From assembly GCA_938073895.1 (NCBI GenBank), contig CALJFB010000004.1, positions 23,534 through 87,533 on the forward strand: a stretch of DNA of 64,000 nucleotides. Direction: 5' to 3'. Below are positions 49,016 through 59,874 of this stretch, piece by piece. The notes beneath the pieces are model-generated. The model saw nothing but the letters and a program-made list of their open reading frames with translations, ran no database searches and was not told the origin of the DNA. Origin of the DNA: an uncultured Flavobacteriaceae bacterium (GTDB taxonomy: Bacteria; Bacteroidota; Bacteroidia; Flavobacteriales; Flavobacteriaceae). A program made the translations under genes and the position numbers. How positions within the stretch are numbered: the first letter of the stretch is position 1; each line of letters begins with the position of its first letter.

Positions 49016-50353
49016 TTATAAATTTCTAACTGCATTTTTAAATTGTCTTCCTCTATCTTCATAGTTTTCAAACAAATCAAAACTTGCACAACAAGGAGAC
49101 AACAATACGTTTTCTCCTGCTTCTGCAACTTTATAAGCTATTTTTACTGCTTCGCTCATAAATTCGGTTTCAACAAAAACATCAACCATACCTGCAAAGT
49201 TTTCCTTTAACTTCTCGTTGTCTTTTCCTAAACAAATAATAGCTTTTACTTTTTCATTAACAAAGGAGAATAATTCGGAATAATCGTTTCCTTTGTCTAC
49301 ACCACCAACAATCCAAACCGTAGGTGCATCCATACTTTCTAAGGCAAAATATGTAGCATTAACATTTGTTGCTTTAGAATCGTTTATATACTGAACCTTG
49401 TTAATTTTTAAAACATTCTCTAAACGATGCTCTACACCTTGAAAATTTTCTAAACTCTCTCTAATAGTTTGCTTTCTAATTCTAAGTAAGCTCGCTACAG
49501 TAGAAGCTGCCATTGCGTTTTTTATGTTATGATTTCCGCTAAGTGCTATATTTTTTGTTGGCATAGTAAAAGTGTTGTTATTAATTGTTACGGTTAGGTT
49601 GTTATCTTTTATATAAGCACCGTTTTCGAATGTCTTTGTTAACGAAAACGGTAATAATGTTGATTTAATTTGATGTGTTTTAATGTATTCTATTAAAATA
49701 TCGTCGTCTGCATCGTAAATTAAATAGTCAGCTTCTGTATGATTTTGAACAATTCTAAACTTAGAAGCCACATAGTTTTCTAATTTATAATCGTATCTAT
49801 CTAAATGATCTGGTGTTATGTTTGTTATTACAGCAATTTTTGGATTAAAGGCATAGCAATCGTCTAGCTGAAAACTACTTACCTCCAACACATAATTAGG
49901 GTAATTATAATTTAATACTTGCAGAGCAAAACTATCGCCAATATTTCCTCCTAATCCAACTTTTAACTCTTGCTTTAAAATATGATGCGTAAGCTTTGCC
50001 GTTGTTGTTTTTCCGTTACTTCCCGTAATTGCCACACAAGTTGCATCTGTAAATTCTGATGCGAATTCTATTTCCGAAATTACTTTAGCCGTTTTACGCA
50101 ATTGCTTTACCAATGGTACAGAATCTGGAATTCCAGGACTTTTCATTACCACATCTGCATCATCAATTTTAGATGTAGTATGCTGTTTTTCTTCAAATTC
50201 AATGGTATTATCCTGTAGCACTTTTTTGTACTTCGAACTTATTTCGCCTTTATCAGACACAAAAACGTTGTAACCTTTAGCTTTTGCTAAAAGTGCTGTT
50301 CCAGTTCCGCTCTCGCCAGATCCTAATACAACTATTTTTGATTTATGATTCAT
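49016..50353 (-). CDS. murD: UDP-N-acetylmuramoyl-L-alanine--D-glutamate ligase
   Basis: 445 aa; ITGSNGKTTT, GGNIG, EVSSFQL, DHLDRY, INDSKATN, LLSP.CASFD. Confidence 0.97.
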   Translation of the reverse strand: MNHKSKIVVLGSGESGTGTALLAKAKGYNVFVSDKGEISSKYKKVLQDNTIEFEEKQHTTSKIDDADVVMKSPGIPDSVPLVKQLRKTAKVISEIEFASEFTDATCVAITGSNGKTTTAKLTHHILKQELKVGLGGNIGDSFALQVLNYNYPNYVLEVSSFQLDDCYAFNPKIAVITNITPDHLDRYDYKLENYVASKFRIVQNHTEADYLIYDADDDILIEYIKTHQIKSTLLPFSLTKTFENGAYIKDNNLTVTINNNTFTMPTKNIALSGNHNIKNAMAASTVASLLRIRKQTIRESLENFQGVEHRLENVLKINKVQYINDSKATNVNATYFALESMDAPTVWIVGGVDKGNDYSELFSFVNEKVKAIICLGKDNEKLKENFAGMVDVFVETEFMSEAVKIAYKVAEAGENVLLSPCCASFDLFENYEDRGRQFKNAVRNL

Positions 50354-50430
50354 TTTAATTCCTGTATAAACTTTACTTCTATTTTTTGTTAGTCTTAACT
50401 AAATTCTAATAATTGTTTGTATTAATTTCG

Positions 50431-51663
50431 TTACCTTAATTTTAATGTAACAATGGATAAAATCGCCAAGAAAATACCTACAATCCAAAAACGAGTTACA
50501 ATTTTACTTTCGTGAAAACCTCCTTTTTGATAATGATGATGCAATGGCGACATTTTAAATATGCGTCGTCCTTCGCCATACTTTTTTCTTGTATATTTAA
50601 ACCAACTTACTTGTAATATTACCGATAAAGATTCTGCAAAGAAAATTCCACATAACAATGGAATTAAAAGCTCTTTTCTTACTGCAATAGCTATTACAGC
50701 AATAATTCCACCAATAGTTAAACTTCCTGTATCACCCATAAATACTTGAGCTGGAAATGTGTTATACCACAGAAAACCAATTAACGCACCTGTAAAAGCA
50801 GCTATAAAAACAACTAACTCGCCTAATCTTGGAATAAACATAACGTTGAGATAATCTGAGAAAACAATATTTCCAGAGATAAAAGCAAAAACAGCTAATG
50901 CAAAGACTATAATTGCAGAACTTCCTGCAGCTAAACCATCTATTCCATCTGTTAAATTTGCACCATTAGAAACTGCTGTTATTATAAGTATTACAATTGG
51001 AATAAAAACCAACCAAGCATATTTTCCTGTTTCATCTCCAAACCAAGATGTAATATCTGCGTAATCAAATTCGTTATCTTTTACAAAAGGAATGGTTGTT
51101 TTTAAAGATTGCTCTTCTACTCTAAGTTCTAAGGGTGAATTTTGAGTGATTTTTTCGTTTAAAATCTCAGGATTAATCTTTTCTTGCTTTACTGTAACTC
51201 CAGGATGAAAATACATAATACAACCTACAAAAACACCTAACCCAACTTGACCTAAAACTTTAAACTTGCCACTTAAACCTGCTTTGTCTTTTTTAAATAC
51301 TTTAATATAATCGTCTGTAAAACCTACAATTCCCATCCAAATTGTAGTAACAATTAGCATAATAACGTAGATGTTTTCTAGTTTTGCAAATAACAACACA
51401 GGAATTAAAGTAGCCAAAATTATAATAATTCCACCCATAGTTGGCGTACCAGCTTTCTCTACTTGGCCGTCTAAACCTAAATCACGAACAGATTCTCCAA
51501 CTTGCATTTTTTGAAGTAGTAAAATGATTTTTTTTCCGAATATTGTAGAAAATAATAATGAAAATATAATAGCCAATGCCGCACGAAAAGTTATAAACTG
51601 AAACACACTTGCACCAGTTAATTGGTATTCTTTTTCTAAAAATTCGAATAAATAGTATAACAT
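50431..51663 (-). CDS. mraY: Phospho-N-acetylmuramoyl-pentapeptide transferase
   Basis: 410 aa; [43 protein letters not shown]. Confidence 0.97.
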   Translation of the reverse strand: MLYYLFEFLEKEYQLTGASVFQFITFRAALAIIFSLLFSTIFGKKIILLLQKMQVGESVRDLGLDGQVEKAGTPTMGGIIIILATLIPVLLFAKLENIYVIMLIVTTIWMGIVGFTDDYIKVFKKDKAGLSGKFKVLGQVGLGVFVGCIMYFHPGVTVKQEKINPEILNEKITQNSPLELRVEEQSLKTTIPFVKDNEFDYADITSWFGDETGKYAWLVFIPIVILIITAVSNGANLTDGIDGLAAGSSAIIVFALAVFAFISGNIVFSDYLNVMFIPRLGELVVFIAAFTGALIGFLWYNTFPAQVFMGDTGSLTIGGIIAVIAIAVRKELLIPLLCGIFFAESLSVILQVSWFKYTRKKYGEGRRIFKMSPLHHHYQKGGFHESKIVTRFWIVGIFLAILSIVTLKLR

Positions 51664-51670
51664 CTGTAAT

Positions 51671-53134
51671 TTATTTATCTAATTGGATTAATAATTCTTT
51701 TACAATTTTTAAATCGTCGAAATCCGATTTTACACCATTTACATCTTGATAGGTTTCGTGACCTTTTCCGGCAATTAAAATAATATCTCCCGGATTTGCC
51801 ATTTGACAAGCCGATTTAATGGCTTGTTTTCTATCTGAAATAGAAACTGTTTTTTTGAAATTTTGAGACGCTACACCTTTTTCAATAGCTTCTATAATAG
51901 CTTGCGGTTCTTCGGTTCTTGGATTATCGCTTGTAAAAACCACTTTAGTACTTAAAGCCGAAGCTATATGTCCCATTTTTGGCCTTTTAGTTGTATCTCT
52001 ATCGCCACCACAACCAACAACTGTAATTAGTTCTTCGTTTTTAGTTCTAATAGAATTAATGGTTTCTAATACATTTTTTAACGCATCTGGCGTATGTGCA
52101 TAATCTACAATTGCTGTAATTCCAGTACTTGAAACTATGTATTGAAAACGGCCACTTACAGATTCTAAAATGGAAAGCAATCTTAATATTTCTGGCTTTT
52201 CTAAGCCTAATAATTCTGCTGTAGCATAAATAGCTAAAACATTATAAGCATTAAAATTTCCTATTAATTTTGTCCAAACGTCTTGATTATTAATTTTTAA
52301 TAACAATCCGCTTAGCTGGTTTTCTAATATTTTAGCTTGATAATCTGCTATGCTTTTTAGAGCGTAAGTTTGTTTTTTTGCTACGGTATTTTGTAGCATA
52401 ATCATCCCATTTTTATCGTCTGCGTTAGTTAATGCAAAAGCATTTTTTGGTAACTGATCGAAGAAACGTTTTTTAACATCTCTATATTCTGCAAACGTAT
52501 CGTGGTAATCTAAATGGTCGTGACTTAAATTGGTAAAAATTCCACCTTCAAAATGTAGCCCTAAAGTTCTATTTTGATCAATTCCATGAGAACTTACCTC
52601 CATAAAACAGAAGTCGCAACCAGCAGCATTCATTTCATCTAAATAATAATTTATTTTAATAGAATCTGGCGTTGTATGTGTTGCAGGAAACTCTGTAGCA
52701 TCTACCATAATTTTAACTGTAGACAACAGACCAACTTTAAAACCTGCATTTTTAAATAACTGATATAATAAGGTTGCAATAGTTGTTTTTCCATTGGTAC
52801 CTGTTACACCAACTAAACGCAATTTAGATGATGGATTTCCGAAATAATTTGATGCCATTATTGCTAATGCCACAGAAGAATCTTTAACCTGAATATAAAA
52901 GATATTCTCATTCTTATCTTCTGGTAAAACTTCGCAAATTATAACCTTAGCACCTAACTTTATAGCAGAATCTATATACTTATGTCCATCTACTACACTT
53001 CCATTTATGGCAATAAAAACATCATTACCTTTAACTAACTTAGAATTAAACTGAAGCGCATTAATTTCTATTGCTGGATTACCAACAACACTTTCTATGG
53101 CTACTTTATATAGTATATCTTTTAACTGTTTCAC
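51671..53134 (-). CDS. murE: UDP-N-acetylmuramoyl-dipeptide--2,6-diaminopimelate ligase
   Basis: 487 aa; [51 protein letters not shown]. Confidence 0.96.
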   Translation of the reverse strand: MKQLKDILYKVAIESVVGNPAIEINALQFNSKLVKGNDVFIAINGSVVDGHKYIDSAIKLGAKVIICEVLPEDKNENIFYIQVKDSSVALAIMASNYFGNPSSKLRLVGVTGTNGKTTIATLLYQLFKNAGFKVGLLSTVKIMVDATEFPATHTTPDSIKINYYLDEMNAAGCDFCFMEVSSHGIDQNRTLGLHFEGGIFTNLSHDHLDYHDTFAEYRDVKKRFFDQLPKNAFALTNADDKNGMIMLQNTVAKKQTYALKSIADYQAKILENQLSGLLLKINNQDVWTKLIGNFNAYNVLAIYATAELLGLEKPEILRLLSILESVSGRFQYIVSSTGITAIVDYAHTPDALKNVLETINSIRTKNEELITVVGCGGDRDTTKRPKMGHIASALSTKVVFTSDNPRTEEPQAIIEAIEKGVASQNFKKTVSISDRKQAIKSACQMANPGDIILIAGKGHETYQDVNGVKSDFDDLKIVKELLIQLDK

Positions 53135-55140
53135 TACACGTTTAATATTATGGTTTGATTTCGTTTTATTTTTATTCCTTTTGCAATAGATTGCGATTTA
53201 ACTTTTCCGGTTTGATTAAACTGTACTTTTAAACCCATATTTTCTAAAAGTGCTACCGCATCCATTATTGGCATTCCAATTACATTTGGCATTATAGTTA
53301 AATACGTACTTGATTTTTCCTTGTAAGCATTGTAAGACTTATCTATTTGAGCTAGATTAACCTCTAAAGAATTTAACTCGTTTTTAATTGGTGTGTCTGT
53401 AAATATTTTTTGAGCTACTTTTTTAAATACTGGACCAGAAACATCTGCCCCATAATATCCTACACTTTTATCTGGCTCATGAATAACTACTATACAAGAG
53501 TATTTTGGATTTTCAGCAGGGAAAAATCCAGCGAAAGATGATATATAAGCTAGCTTATCTTTATCCTTATAATCTTTTTGACAAGTTCCTGTTTTACCAG
53601 CCATAGAGAAATTCTCAGAATATAATCTATGTCCTGTTCCGTGTTTTTTCTCGACTACATTTTTAAGTAATTGCTTAACTTTAGCGGTAGTCTCTTTAGA
53701 ACAGATTTGCTTATTAATAACCTCTTTTTCAAAAGGCACAACAACCTCATCAAAACGTTTAACTTCTTTTAGAAATTTAGGTTTTACCATTTCGCCATCA
53801 TTAGCAATAGCATTATAGAATGTTAACGTCTGTAATGGCGTAAAAGAAACACCATAACCATAAGCCATCCATTGCAAAGCAATACCAGACCAACGATTAT
53901 TCTTAATTCTTGGATCTGGAATTATTGGTAAAGGTTCTCCAACAATTGGTAAATCTAAACTGTTGTTTAAATTCATAGCATATAACCTATCTATAAATTG
54001 AGATGGTTTTTTTCTATATGCTTTATCTATAGCTGCAACAATTCCGGTATTTGATGACACTTCAAAAGCTCTAGATAATGTTATTTTACCATAACCGCCA
54101 TACTTAGAATCTCTTACTTTTTTTCCGTAGAAACTTAAAACTCCTTTTTTAGTATCTACAATATCGCTAGTGTCAATTTTTTTATCTTCTAAAGCTGCAG
54201 TTAATGCCATTAATTTAAAAGTAGATCCAGGTTCGTGAGATTCTCCAACCGCATAATTTAGTCTTTCGTAATAATAACCTTTACTGTTTCTTCCTAAATT
54301 AGAAATGGCTTTTATTTCGCCGGTTTTAACCTCCATAACAACTACGCAACCGTGATCTGCTTTGTATTTTTCAAGTTGTTCTAAAAGTGCATGATGCGCA
54401 ATATCTTGAATATTTACATCTATAGTTGTATAAACATCTAAACCGTCTTTTGGCTCTTTCTGATTAGAATCTGAAATTGGCTTCCATTGTCCTTTTCCAA
54501 TTTTCTGTTTTAAATGCGAGCCATCTGTTCCTTTTAAGTACGTTTCGCCATAAGCACCATCTATTCCTGGTCTTGTAACATTCCCATTAGCATCTTTACG
54601 CTCGTAACCAATAGTTCTTTGGGCAATTCCTCCAAGTGGATATTCTCTTTTTGTATTTTGCTCTACTATTATTCCACCTTTATAAGCACCAAGGTTTAAT
54701 AAAGGCAAATTTCTAAACCAGACATAATCTGAATAGCCAATATCTCTAGCTAATAAGAAGTAACGGTTTTTATTTTTACGTTCTTTTCTTAATTTTTTTG
54801 TATAATATGAAGATGTATTCCCGAAGTAAATAGCTAAAGAATCAGATAAATCGCCAATATGCTTTTCGAAACGCTTATTTGTTGGTGTTAATAAATCGAA
54901 TCTAATATCGTATTTAGGAATTGATGTTGCTAATAAATCACCATTTGAAGAATACACATTTCCACGATTTGCGGGCACAACCATTTCTTTACTTGAAATT
55001 TTCTCGGCTAAAGCACGATATTTAGCGCCATGAACAAACTGAATTGAGACCAATTTAAACACCACAAGAACTCCGAAGAAGAACATACATCCTGCCACAA
55101 AATACAAACGGTTTAATATGTCTTTCTCTGTTACTGCCAC
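53134..55140 (-). CDS. ftsI: Peptidoglycan transpeptidase FtsI/PBP3 with C-terminal PASTA domain
   Basis: 668 aa; EPGSTFK (SxxK), SSN (SxN), AGKTGT (KTG); C-terminal MPNVIGM..MDA PASTA. Confidence 0.93.
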   Translation of the reverse strand: MAVTEKDILNRLYFVAGCMFFFGVLVVFKLVSIQFVHGAKYRALAEKISSKEMVVPANRGNVYSSNGDLLATSIPKYDIRFDLLTPTNKRFEKHIGDLSDSLAIYFGNTSSYYTKKLRKERKNKNRYFLLARDIGYSDYVWFRNLPLLNLGAYKGGIIVEQNTKREYPLGGIAQRTIGYERKDANGNVTRPGIDGAYGETYLKGTDGSHLKQKIGKGQWKPISDSNQKEPKDGLDVYTTIDVNIQDIAHHALLEQLEKYKADHGCVVVMEVKTGEIKAISNLGRNSKGYYYERLNYAVGESHEPGSTFKLMALTAALEDKKIDTSDIVDTKKGVLSFYGKKVRDSKYGGYGKITLSRAFEVSSNTGIVAAIDKAYRKKPSQFIDRLYAMNLNNSLDLPIVGEPLPIIPDPRIKNNRWSGIALQWMAYGYGVSFTPLQTLTFYNAIANDGEMVKPKFLKEVKRFDEVVVPFEKEVINKQICSKETTAKVKQLLKNVVEKKHGTGHRLYSENFSMAGKTGTCQKDYKDKDKLAYISSFAGFFPAENPKYSCIVVIHEPDKSVGYYGADVSGPVFKKVAQKIFTDTPIKNELNSLEVNLAQIDKSYNAYKEKSSTYLTIMPNVIGMPIMDAVALLENMGLKVQFNQTGKVKSQSIAKGIKIKRNQTIILNV

Positions 55141-55141
55141 A

Positions 55142-55465
55142 TTAATCTTCTTGAAATGATTTTACTAATATTTTTTTTGGTGGAATTTCTGAAGGCATTA
55201 TGCCTTTAATTTTCATTTTTTCTACAATTGACGATTCCATTTTCAACTGCATTAACTCGGTTCTACCATCAAACAAAGCAGAACGTAATTCTTTGACTTG
55301 GTTTGTTAAATATGCAATTTGATGCACCTTTTTATCGGCACTATGCGAACTTCCAATCATTACTAAAGCCAACAGAGAAATAAATAGAATAACACGCCAA
55401 TTCTTAAACGAATCGTCGCTTATCAAAAACTTACCTCTTAGTATATTATAAAAGCCTTGCTTCAT
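55142..55465 (-). CDS. ftsL: FtsL-like cell division protein
   Basis: 107 aa; one TM plus leucine-rich coiled coil; between rsmH and ftsI. Confidence 0.8.
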   Translation of the reverse strand: MKQGFYNILRGKFLISDDSFKNWRVILFISLLALVMIGSSHSADKKVHQIAYLTNQVKELRSALFDGRTELMQLKMESSIVEKMKIKGIMPSEIPPKKILVKSFQED

Positions 55466-56377
55466 TTATAGTTTTTTAGCTACTCTAAGCTTTGCACTTC
55501 TAGCTCTATTGTTTATTTTAATTTCTTCTTTTGATGGAATTACAAGACCACCAACTTTTTTAAGTGGCACTTCAAAATTACCATACATATCACGTTCTGG
55601 TTCACCTTCAAATAAACCATTTCTAATAAAACGTTTTACCAATCTATCTTCTAGAGAATGATACGATATTAAACTTATGCGACCATTAGGTTTTAAAACC
55701 TCTGGCATTTGCATTAAAAACTCTTTTAACACTTCTATTTCTTGATTAACTTCTATCCTAATTGCTTGATAGATTTGTGCTAGAATCTTATTCTCAAATC
55801 TTGGCGATAAAAATTTAGCCAACACTTTTTTTAATTGCTCGCTTGTTACAATTGGATTGTCTTTTCTAGCTTCTACAATGGTCTTTGCCATTGCTGGAGC
55901 AGAACGTAATTCGCCATATTGCGCTATAACATCTCGCAATTGTTCTTCTTCATATTCGTTAACTACATTATATGCCGATAATTTAGACTTTTGATTCATT
56001 CGCATATCTAAATCAGCTTCAAAACGCGTAGAAAAACCTCTTTCTGCCACATCAAATTGATGTGATGACACACCAAAATCTCCTAAAACGCCATCGACTT
56101 CTTTTGCACCATAAAATCTTAAAAATCGTTTTATATATCTAAAATTCTCATGAATTAACGTAAATCTTGGATCGTCTAACTTATTAGCTAAAGCATCTGG
56201 ATCTTGATCAAAAGCAAACAACTTTCCGTTTTTACCTAAACGATTCAAAATCTCTTTTGAATGTCCGCCGCCACCAAAAGTAACATCAACATAAACGCCA
56301 TCTGGCTTTATATTTAAACCATCTACGGTTTCGTGTAATAAAACAGGATTATGATATTCCATTTGCATTGTCTTCAT
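55466..56377 (-). CDS. rsmH: 16S rRNA m4C1402 methyltransferase
   Basis: YHNPVLL, DVTFGGGGHS, DFGVSSHQ, LDMRM, QAIRIEVN, SYHSLEDR, NRARSAKLR; true start may be a slightly later ATG. Confidence 0.96.
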   Translation of the reverse strand: MKTMQMEYHNPVLLHETVDGLNIKPDGVYVDVTFGGGGHSKEILNRLGKNGKLFAFDQDPDALANKLDDPRFTLIHENFRYIKRFLRFYGAKEVDGVLGDFGVSSHQFDVAERGFSTRFEADLDMRMNQKSKLSAYNVVNEYEEEQLRDVIAQYGELRSAPAMAKTIVEARKDNPIVTSEQLKKVLAKFLSPRFENKILAQIYQAIRIEVNQEIEVLKEFLMQMPEVLKPNGRISLISYHSLEDRLVKRFIRNGLFEGEPERDMYGNFEVPLKKVGGLVIPSKEEIKINNRARSAKLRVAKKL

Positions 56378-56825
56378 TAAAGTTACCCATTACTTCTTCT
56401 GCTAAATCTGCAAAATCAATAGCGGTTTCATTTATAGATTCTTCGTATTGGGTTTTATCCCAAATCTCGATAACACTAACAGCAGAAGACAATACGACTT
56501 CTTTTGCTATATCTGCAAAACCAATTAAATCTTTAGGAATTAACAAACGACCATTATTATCTACCTCAACCATTTTTACACCAGCCATAAAACGACGAAT
56601 AAAATCGTTGTGCTTCTTCTTAAAACGATTTAGCTTGTTCATTTTTTGCATTTCCTGTTCCCATTCTTGCATTGGCCACAACTCTAAACAGGACTGAAAA
56701 ACAGATCTTTTTAACACAAACCCATTTTCCATTACAGGTAACAACTGCTTTTTTAACGCCATAGGAATGGCTAATCGTCCTTTGGCGTCTGCTTTACACT
56801 CGTATGTTCCTATTAATGAGTTCAC
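56349..56825 (-). CDS. mraZ: Division/cell wall cluster transcriptional repressor MraZ
   Basis: GTG start; DAKGRL.IP and D.NGRLLIP repeats, IEIWD. Confidence 0.95.
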   Translation of the reverse strand: MNSLIGTYECKADAKGRLAIPMALKKQLLPVMENGFVLKRSVFQSCLELWPMQEWEQEMQKMNKLNRFKKKHNDFIRRFMAGVKMVEVDNNGRLLIPKDLIGFADIAKEVVLSSAVSVIEIWDKTQYEESINETAIDFADLAEEVMGNFNEDNANGIS

Positions 56826-56856
56826 AAGAAATTTTACAATAAAATGGTTTAGTCTT

Positions 56857-56864
56857 CAAATATA
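56857..56864 (-). promoter_or_regulatory. -7 promoter box of the dcw operon
   Basis: TATATTTG on the minus strand, 31 nt upstream of the mraZ GTG. Confidence 0.7.
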
Positions 56865-56875
56865 TCGAAAATAAT

Positions 56876-56900
56876 ACCACTTTTTACCACAAAAACCCAC
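56876..56900 (-). promoter_or_regulatory. MraZ operator: three GTGG(T/G) boxes at 10-bp period
   Basis: Minus strand GTGGG-TTTTT-GTGGT-AAAAA-GTGGT overlapping the expected -33 region. Confidence 0.85.
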
Positions 56901-57013
56901 ATTGTTAATAACTTAATACTTTTTGAACGCTTATTAACATTTCAAAAAAAATAGATAAATAAAATTTAAACTGTAATAAATTAGATTAGGTATTGATTTT
57001 TATCGGAATTAAC

Positions 57014-57021
57014 TATATTTG
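57014..57021 (+). promoter_or_regulatory. -7 promoter box for the hydrolase-engB operon
   Basis: TATATTTG, 26 nt upstream of ATG 57048. Confidence 0.65.
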
Positions 57022-57047
57022 TTTTTGGACGAAACCAGAACAGATTA

Positions 57048-57812
57048 ATGACGGATCAATTAACCACAGAAGGTAAATACACATACTTAGAAGTAGGCGA
57101 AGGCACACCACTATTAGTGCTTCACGGCTTAATGGGCGGATTAAGTAATTTTGATGGCGTTACGTCTCACTTTAGTGCTAAAGGCTATAAAGTTATAGTT
57201 CCTATTTTACCTATCTACACAAAATCGCTTTTAAAGACCAACGTTAAGTCGTTTTCTAAATACGTTTATGAGTTTATTAAGTTTAAAAAATTAGACCAAG
57301 TTATACTTTTAGGAAACTCTTTAGGTGGACATATTGGTTTATATTTAACAAAATTACATCCAGAATGTATTAAAGCACTAGCTATTACTGGAAGTTCTGG
57401 CTTGTACGAAAACTCTATGGGAAGTAGTTACCCAAGACGTGGCGATTACGAAGTGATTAAAAAGAAAGCACAAGATGTTTTTTACGATCCCGAAGTTGCA
57501 ACTAAAGAAATTATAGATGAAGTTTATGAAACCATAAACGACAGAAATAAATTAATAAAAACATTAACCATTGCTAAAAGTGCTATTAGACATAATATGG
57601 GTAAAGAACTCCCAAAAATGACTACAAACACTTGTATTATTTGGGGTAAAAATGATATTGTAACACCACCAGAAGTGGCAGAAGAATTTCACAGACTTTT
57701 ACCAAATTCAGAATTATTTTGGATTGACAAATGTGGTCATGCTGCAATGATGGAACATCCAGAAAAATTTAACCAAATTTTAGATGCTTGGTTAACAAAA
57801 CACAACCTTTAA
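57048..57812 (+). CDS. Alpha/beta fold hydrolase
   Basis: 254 aa; LHGLMG, GNSLGG nucleophile elbow, WGKND, CGHAAMME. Confidence 0.9.
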   Translation: MTDQLTTEGKYTYLEVGEGTPLLVLHGLMGGLSNFDGVTSHFSAKGYKVIVPILPIYTKSLLKTNVKSFSKYVYEFIKFKKLDQVILLGNSLGGHIGLYLTKLHPECIKALAITGSSGLYENSMGSSYPRRGDYEVIKKKAQDVFYDPEVATKEIIDEVYETINDRNKLIKTLTIAKSAIRHNMGKELPKMTTNTCIIWGKNDIVTPPEVAEEFHRLLPNSELFWIDKCGHAAMMEHPEKFNQILDAWLTKHNL

Positions 57813-57824
57813 CCCTTTTTTATT

Positions 57825-58445
57825 ATGCGTATTAAGTCGGCAGAATTTTTAGTAAGTAATTCTGATGTATCAAAATGCCCTAAAGATTTAATTCCTGAGT
57901 ATGCTTTTATTGGTAGAAGTAATGTTGGAAAATCTTCTTTAATAAATATGCTAACTAATCAAAAAAGTTTAGCAAAAACATCTGGAAGACCAGGAAAAAC
58001 TCAACTTATTAATCATTTTAAGATTAATAACGAATGGAACTTAGTGGATTTACCAGGTTATGGTTATGCAAGAGTTAGTAAATCATCTAAAAAAACGTTT
58101 CAGAAATTTATTACACAATACTTTAACCATAGAGAACAATTAGTTACCGCTTTTGTTTTGGTAGACGTTAGACATTTACCTCAGCCTATAGATTTAGAAT
58201 TTATGAAATGGATGGGCGAAAATGGCATTCCTTTTTCTGTGGTTTTCACAAAAGCCGATAAATTAAAACCTAACGCCATTACTAAACACGTTGAGGATTA
58301 CAAAAATGTAATGCTTAAAACTTGGGAAGAAATGCCTAACTACTTTGTAACATCGTCTTCTAAGTTTGTTGGTAAAGATGAAGTCTTAGGATATATTGGA
58401 GAACTTAACGAAAATATGGAAGCTCAAGGATTTTTGAAGAATTAG
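57825..58445 (+). CDS. engB: Ribosome biogenesis GTPase YihA/YsxC
   Basis: 206 aa; GRSNVGKSSLIN, TS.RPGKTQLIN, DLPGYG, TKADK. Confidence 0.96.
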   Translation: MRIKSAEFLVSNSDVSKCPKDLIPEYAFIGRSNVGKSSLINMLTNQKSLAKTSGRPGKTQLINHFKINNEWNLVDLPGYGYARVSKSSKKTFQKFITQYFNHREQLVTAFVLVDVRHLPQPIDLEFMKWMGENGIPFSVVFTKADKLKPNAITKHVEDYKNVMLKTWEEMPNYFVTSSSKFVGKDEVLGYIGELNENMEAQGFLKN

Positions 58446-58688
58446 TTATTAATTTAATCTTAGTTTTTTGTTTCTTTCTAAAATTTGATATTGAAATATA
58501 CTTACACAATCTTTTTTAGTGACTCTACCTTTAGCGTATTCTTTTTTAATTAGCGTAACTAATTCATCGTCGGCTGAATGATGTCTAAAAACATAATTAA
58601 TATCATGTGCTGCTTTACATTTATTTTTAAACCGGGAACTTAATGGATAGTCGAATAACTAAAACTTATTCTTCCTAATTAAATAGTA

Positions 58689-59780
58689 CTAACTCTTCAC
58701 GTCTAAAGCATCGCGCAAGGCATTTCCAATTAGCATAAATGCCATTACTAAGACCATAATACATAAACCAGGCACTAAAGCCAAGTATGGTTTTCCAAGT
58801 ATTATATAATTATAATGATCTTTAATCATTGCGCCCCAACTTGCCATTGGTGGCTGCGCTCCAATTCCTAAGAAGCTTAAACCACTTTCTATTAAAATAG
58901 CAGCTGCAAAATTTGCCGCACAAATAACAATTACTGGCGCCATAATATTTGGTAGAATATGTTTTGAGATAATTCTGTAATTATTAAATCCTAATGCTTT
59001 TGCTGCGGTTACATACTGTAACTCTTTAGCACTAATTATTTGTCCTCTAACTACTCTGGCAACTTCTACCCACATTGTTAAACCTACCGCAATAAAGACT
59101 TGCCAAAAACCTTTCCCTAAAGCTAAGGTTATGGCTATAACTAATAATAAGGTTGGAATGGACCAAGTAATATTTATAATCCACATTATAAACGCATCGG
59201 TTTTTCCACCATAAAAACCTGCTATACTTCCTAAGCTTATTCCTATTAATAACGATATTAAAACGGCAATAAAACCAATAGAAAACGAAATTCGAGAACC
59301 AATTAATACACGACTTAATAAATCTCGTCCGTATTTGTCTGTTCCTAAATAATAGGTTTTAGATTCTACTAAATCTTCTGGCGATTTAGAATATTTTGAA
59401 ACGTCTAACTGCTTGTCTTGACCTATTAACCCATCGGAAGCATATTCTGTGTAACTAATAATGTCTCCTTCAACTTTATAGGATGAAATTGGTATGAGTA
59501 GATCTGGATTTTTGTCGCCTAAAAACCATTTGCTAAAAAAACCTTGCTTGTTTGTCTTTAATGAAGGTAAAACTATAGTCTTGACTGAAAATCCTGGCGA
59601 TTTACTATGTATACTTAATTGGATTTGATTAGCGTTTTCCGAATTATCTGGTGCTAAAACATAAGCAAACAATGCAAAAAAACCAATAAGTACTACAAGC
59701 GTAAAACTGAAAACGCCCCAAAAATCTTTTTTAAATTTTTGGAGCGCAATACTTGTTAATGACGTTGATTTATGTATCAA
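58689..59780 (-). CDS. Peptide/nickel-type ABC transporter permease (DppC/OppC-like)
   Basis: 363 aa; LGTDKYGRDLLSR, G..AGFYGG..D, ARVVRGQ, EAA-like YVTAAKALG, ESGLSFLG.G. Confidence 0.9.
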   Translation of the reverse strand: MIHKSTSLTSIALQKFKKDFWGVFSFTLVVLIGFFALFAYVLAPDNSENANQIQLSIHSKSPGFSVKTIVLPSLKTNKQGFFSKWFLGDKNPDLLIPISSYKVEGDIISYTEYASDGLIGQDKQLDVSKYSKSPEDLVESKTYYLGTDKYGRDLLSRVLIGSRISFSIGFIAVLISLLIGISLGSIAGFYGGKTDAFIMWIINITWSIPTLLLVIAITLALGKGFWQVFIAVGLTMWVEVARVVRGQIISAKELQYVTAAKALGFNNYRIISKHILPNIMAPVIVICAANFAAAILIESGLSFLGIGAQPPMASWGAMIKDHYNYIILGKPYLALVPGLCIMVLVMAFMLIGNALRDALDVKS

Positions 59781-59789
59781 TTATTTAAT

Positions 59790-59874
59790 ATTTAACGTTG
59801 TTGTATATGGTTTTTTGCGTGTTTTAAATAAACAAATACTTGCCAAAAGCAATTGATTATACACGTTGTTACCA
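59790..59874 (-). repeat. attC-like site of the SIMPL cassette
   Basis: Minus strand TTGGTAAC-AACGT-GTATA...TTGC...GCAA...TATAC-AACAAC-GTTAAAT; begins 1 nt after the SIMPL stop. Confidence 0.65.

Noticed and set aside
41112-56825. murF and ddl absent from the dcw cluster
   Set aside because: As I recall, these genes commonly lie outside the cluster in Flavobacteriaceae; there is no remnant or gap suggesting loss.
58689-59780. ABC permease without ATPase or binding-protein partners
   Set aside because: Scattered ABC subunits are common in Bacteroidota; not informative alone.
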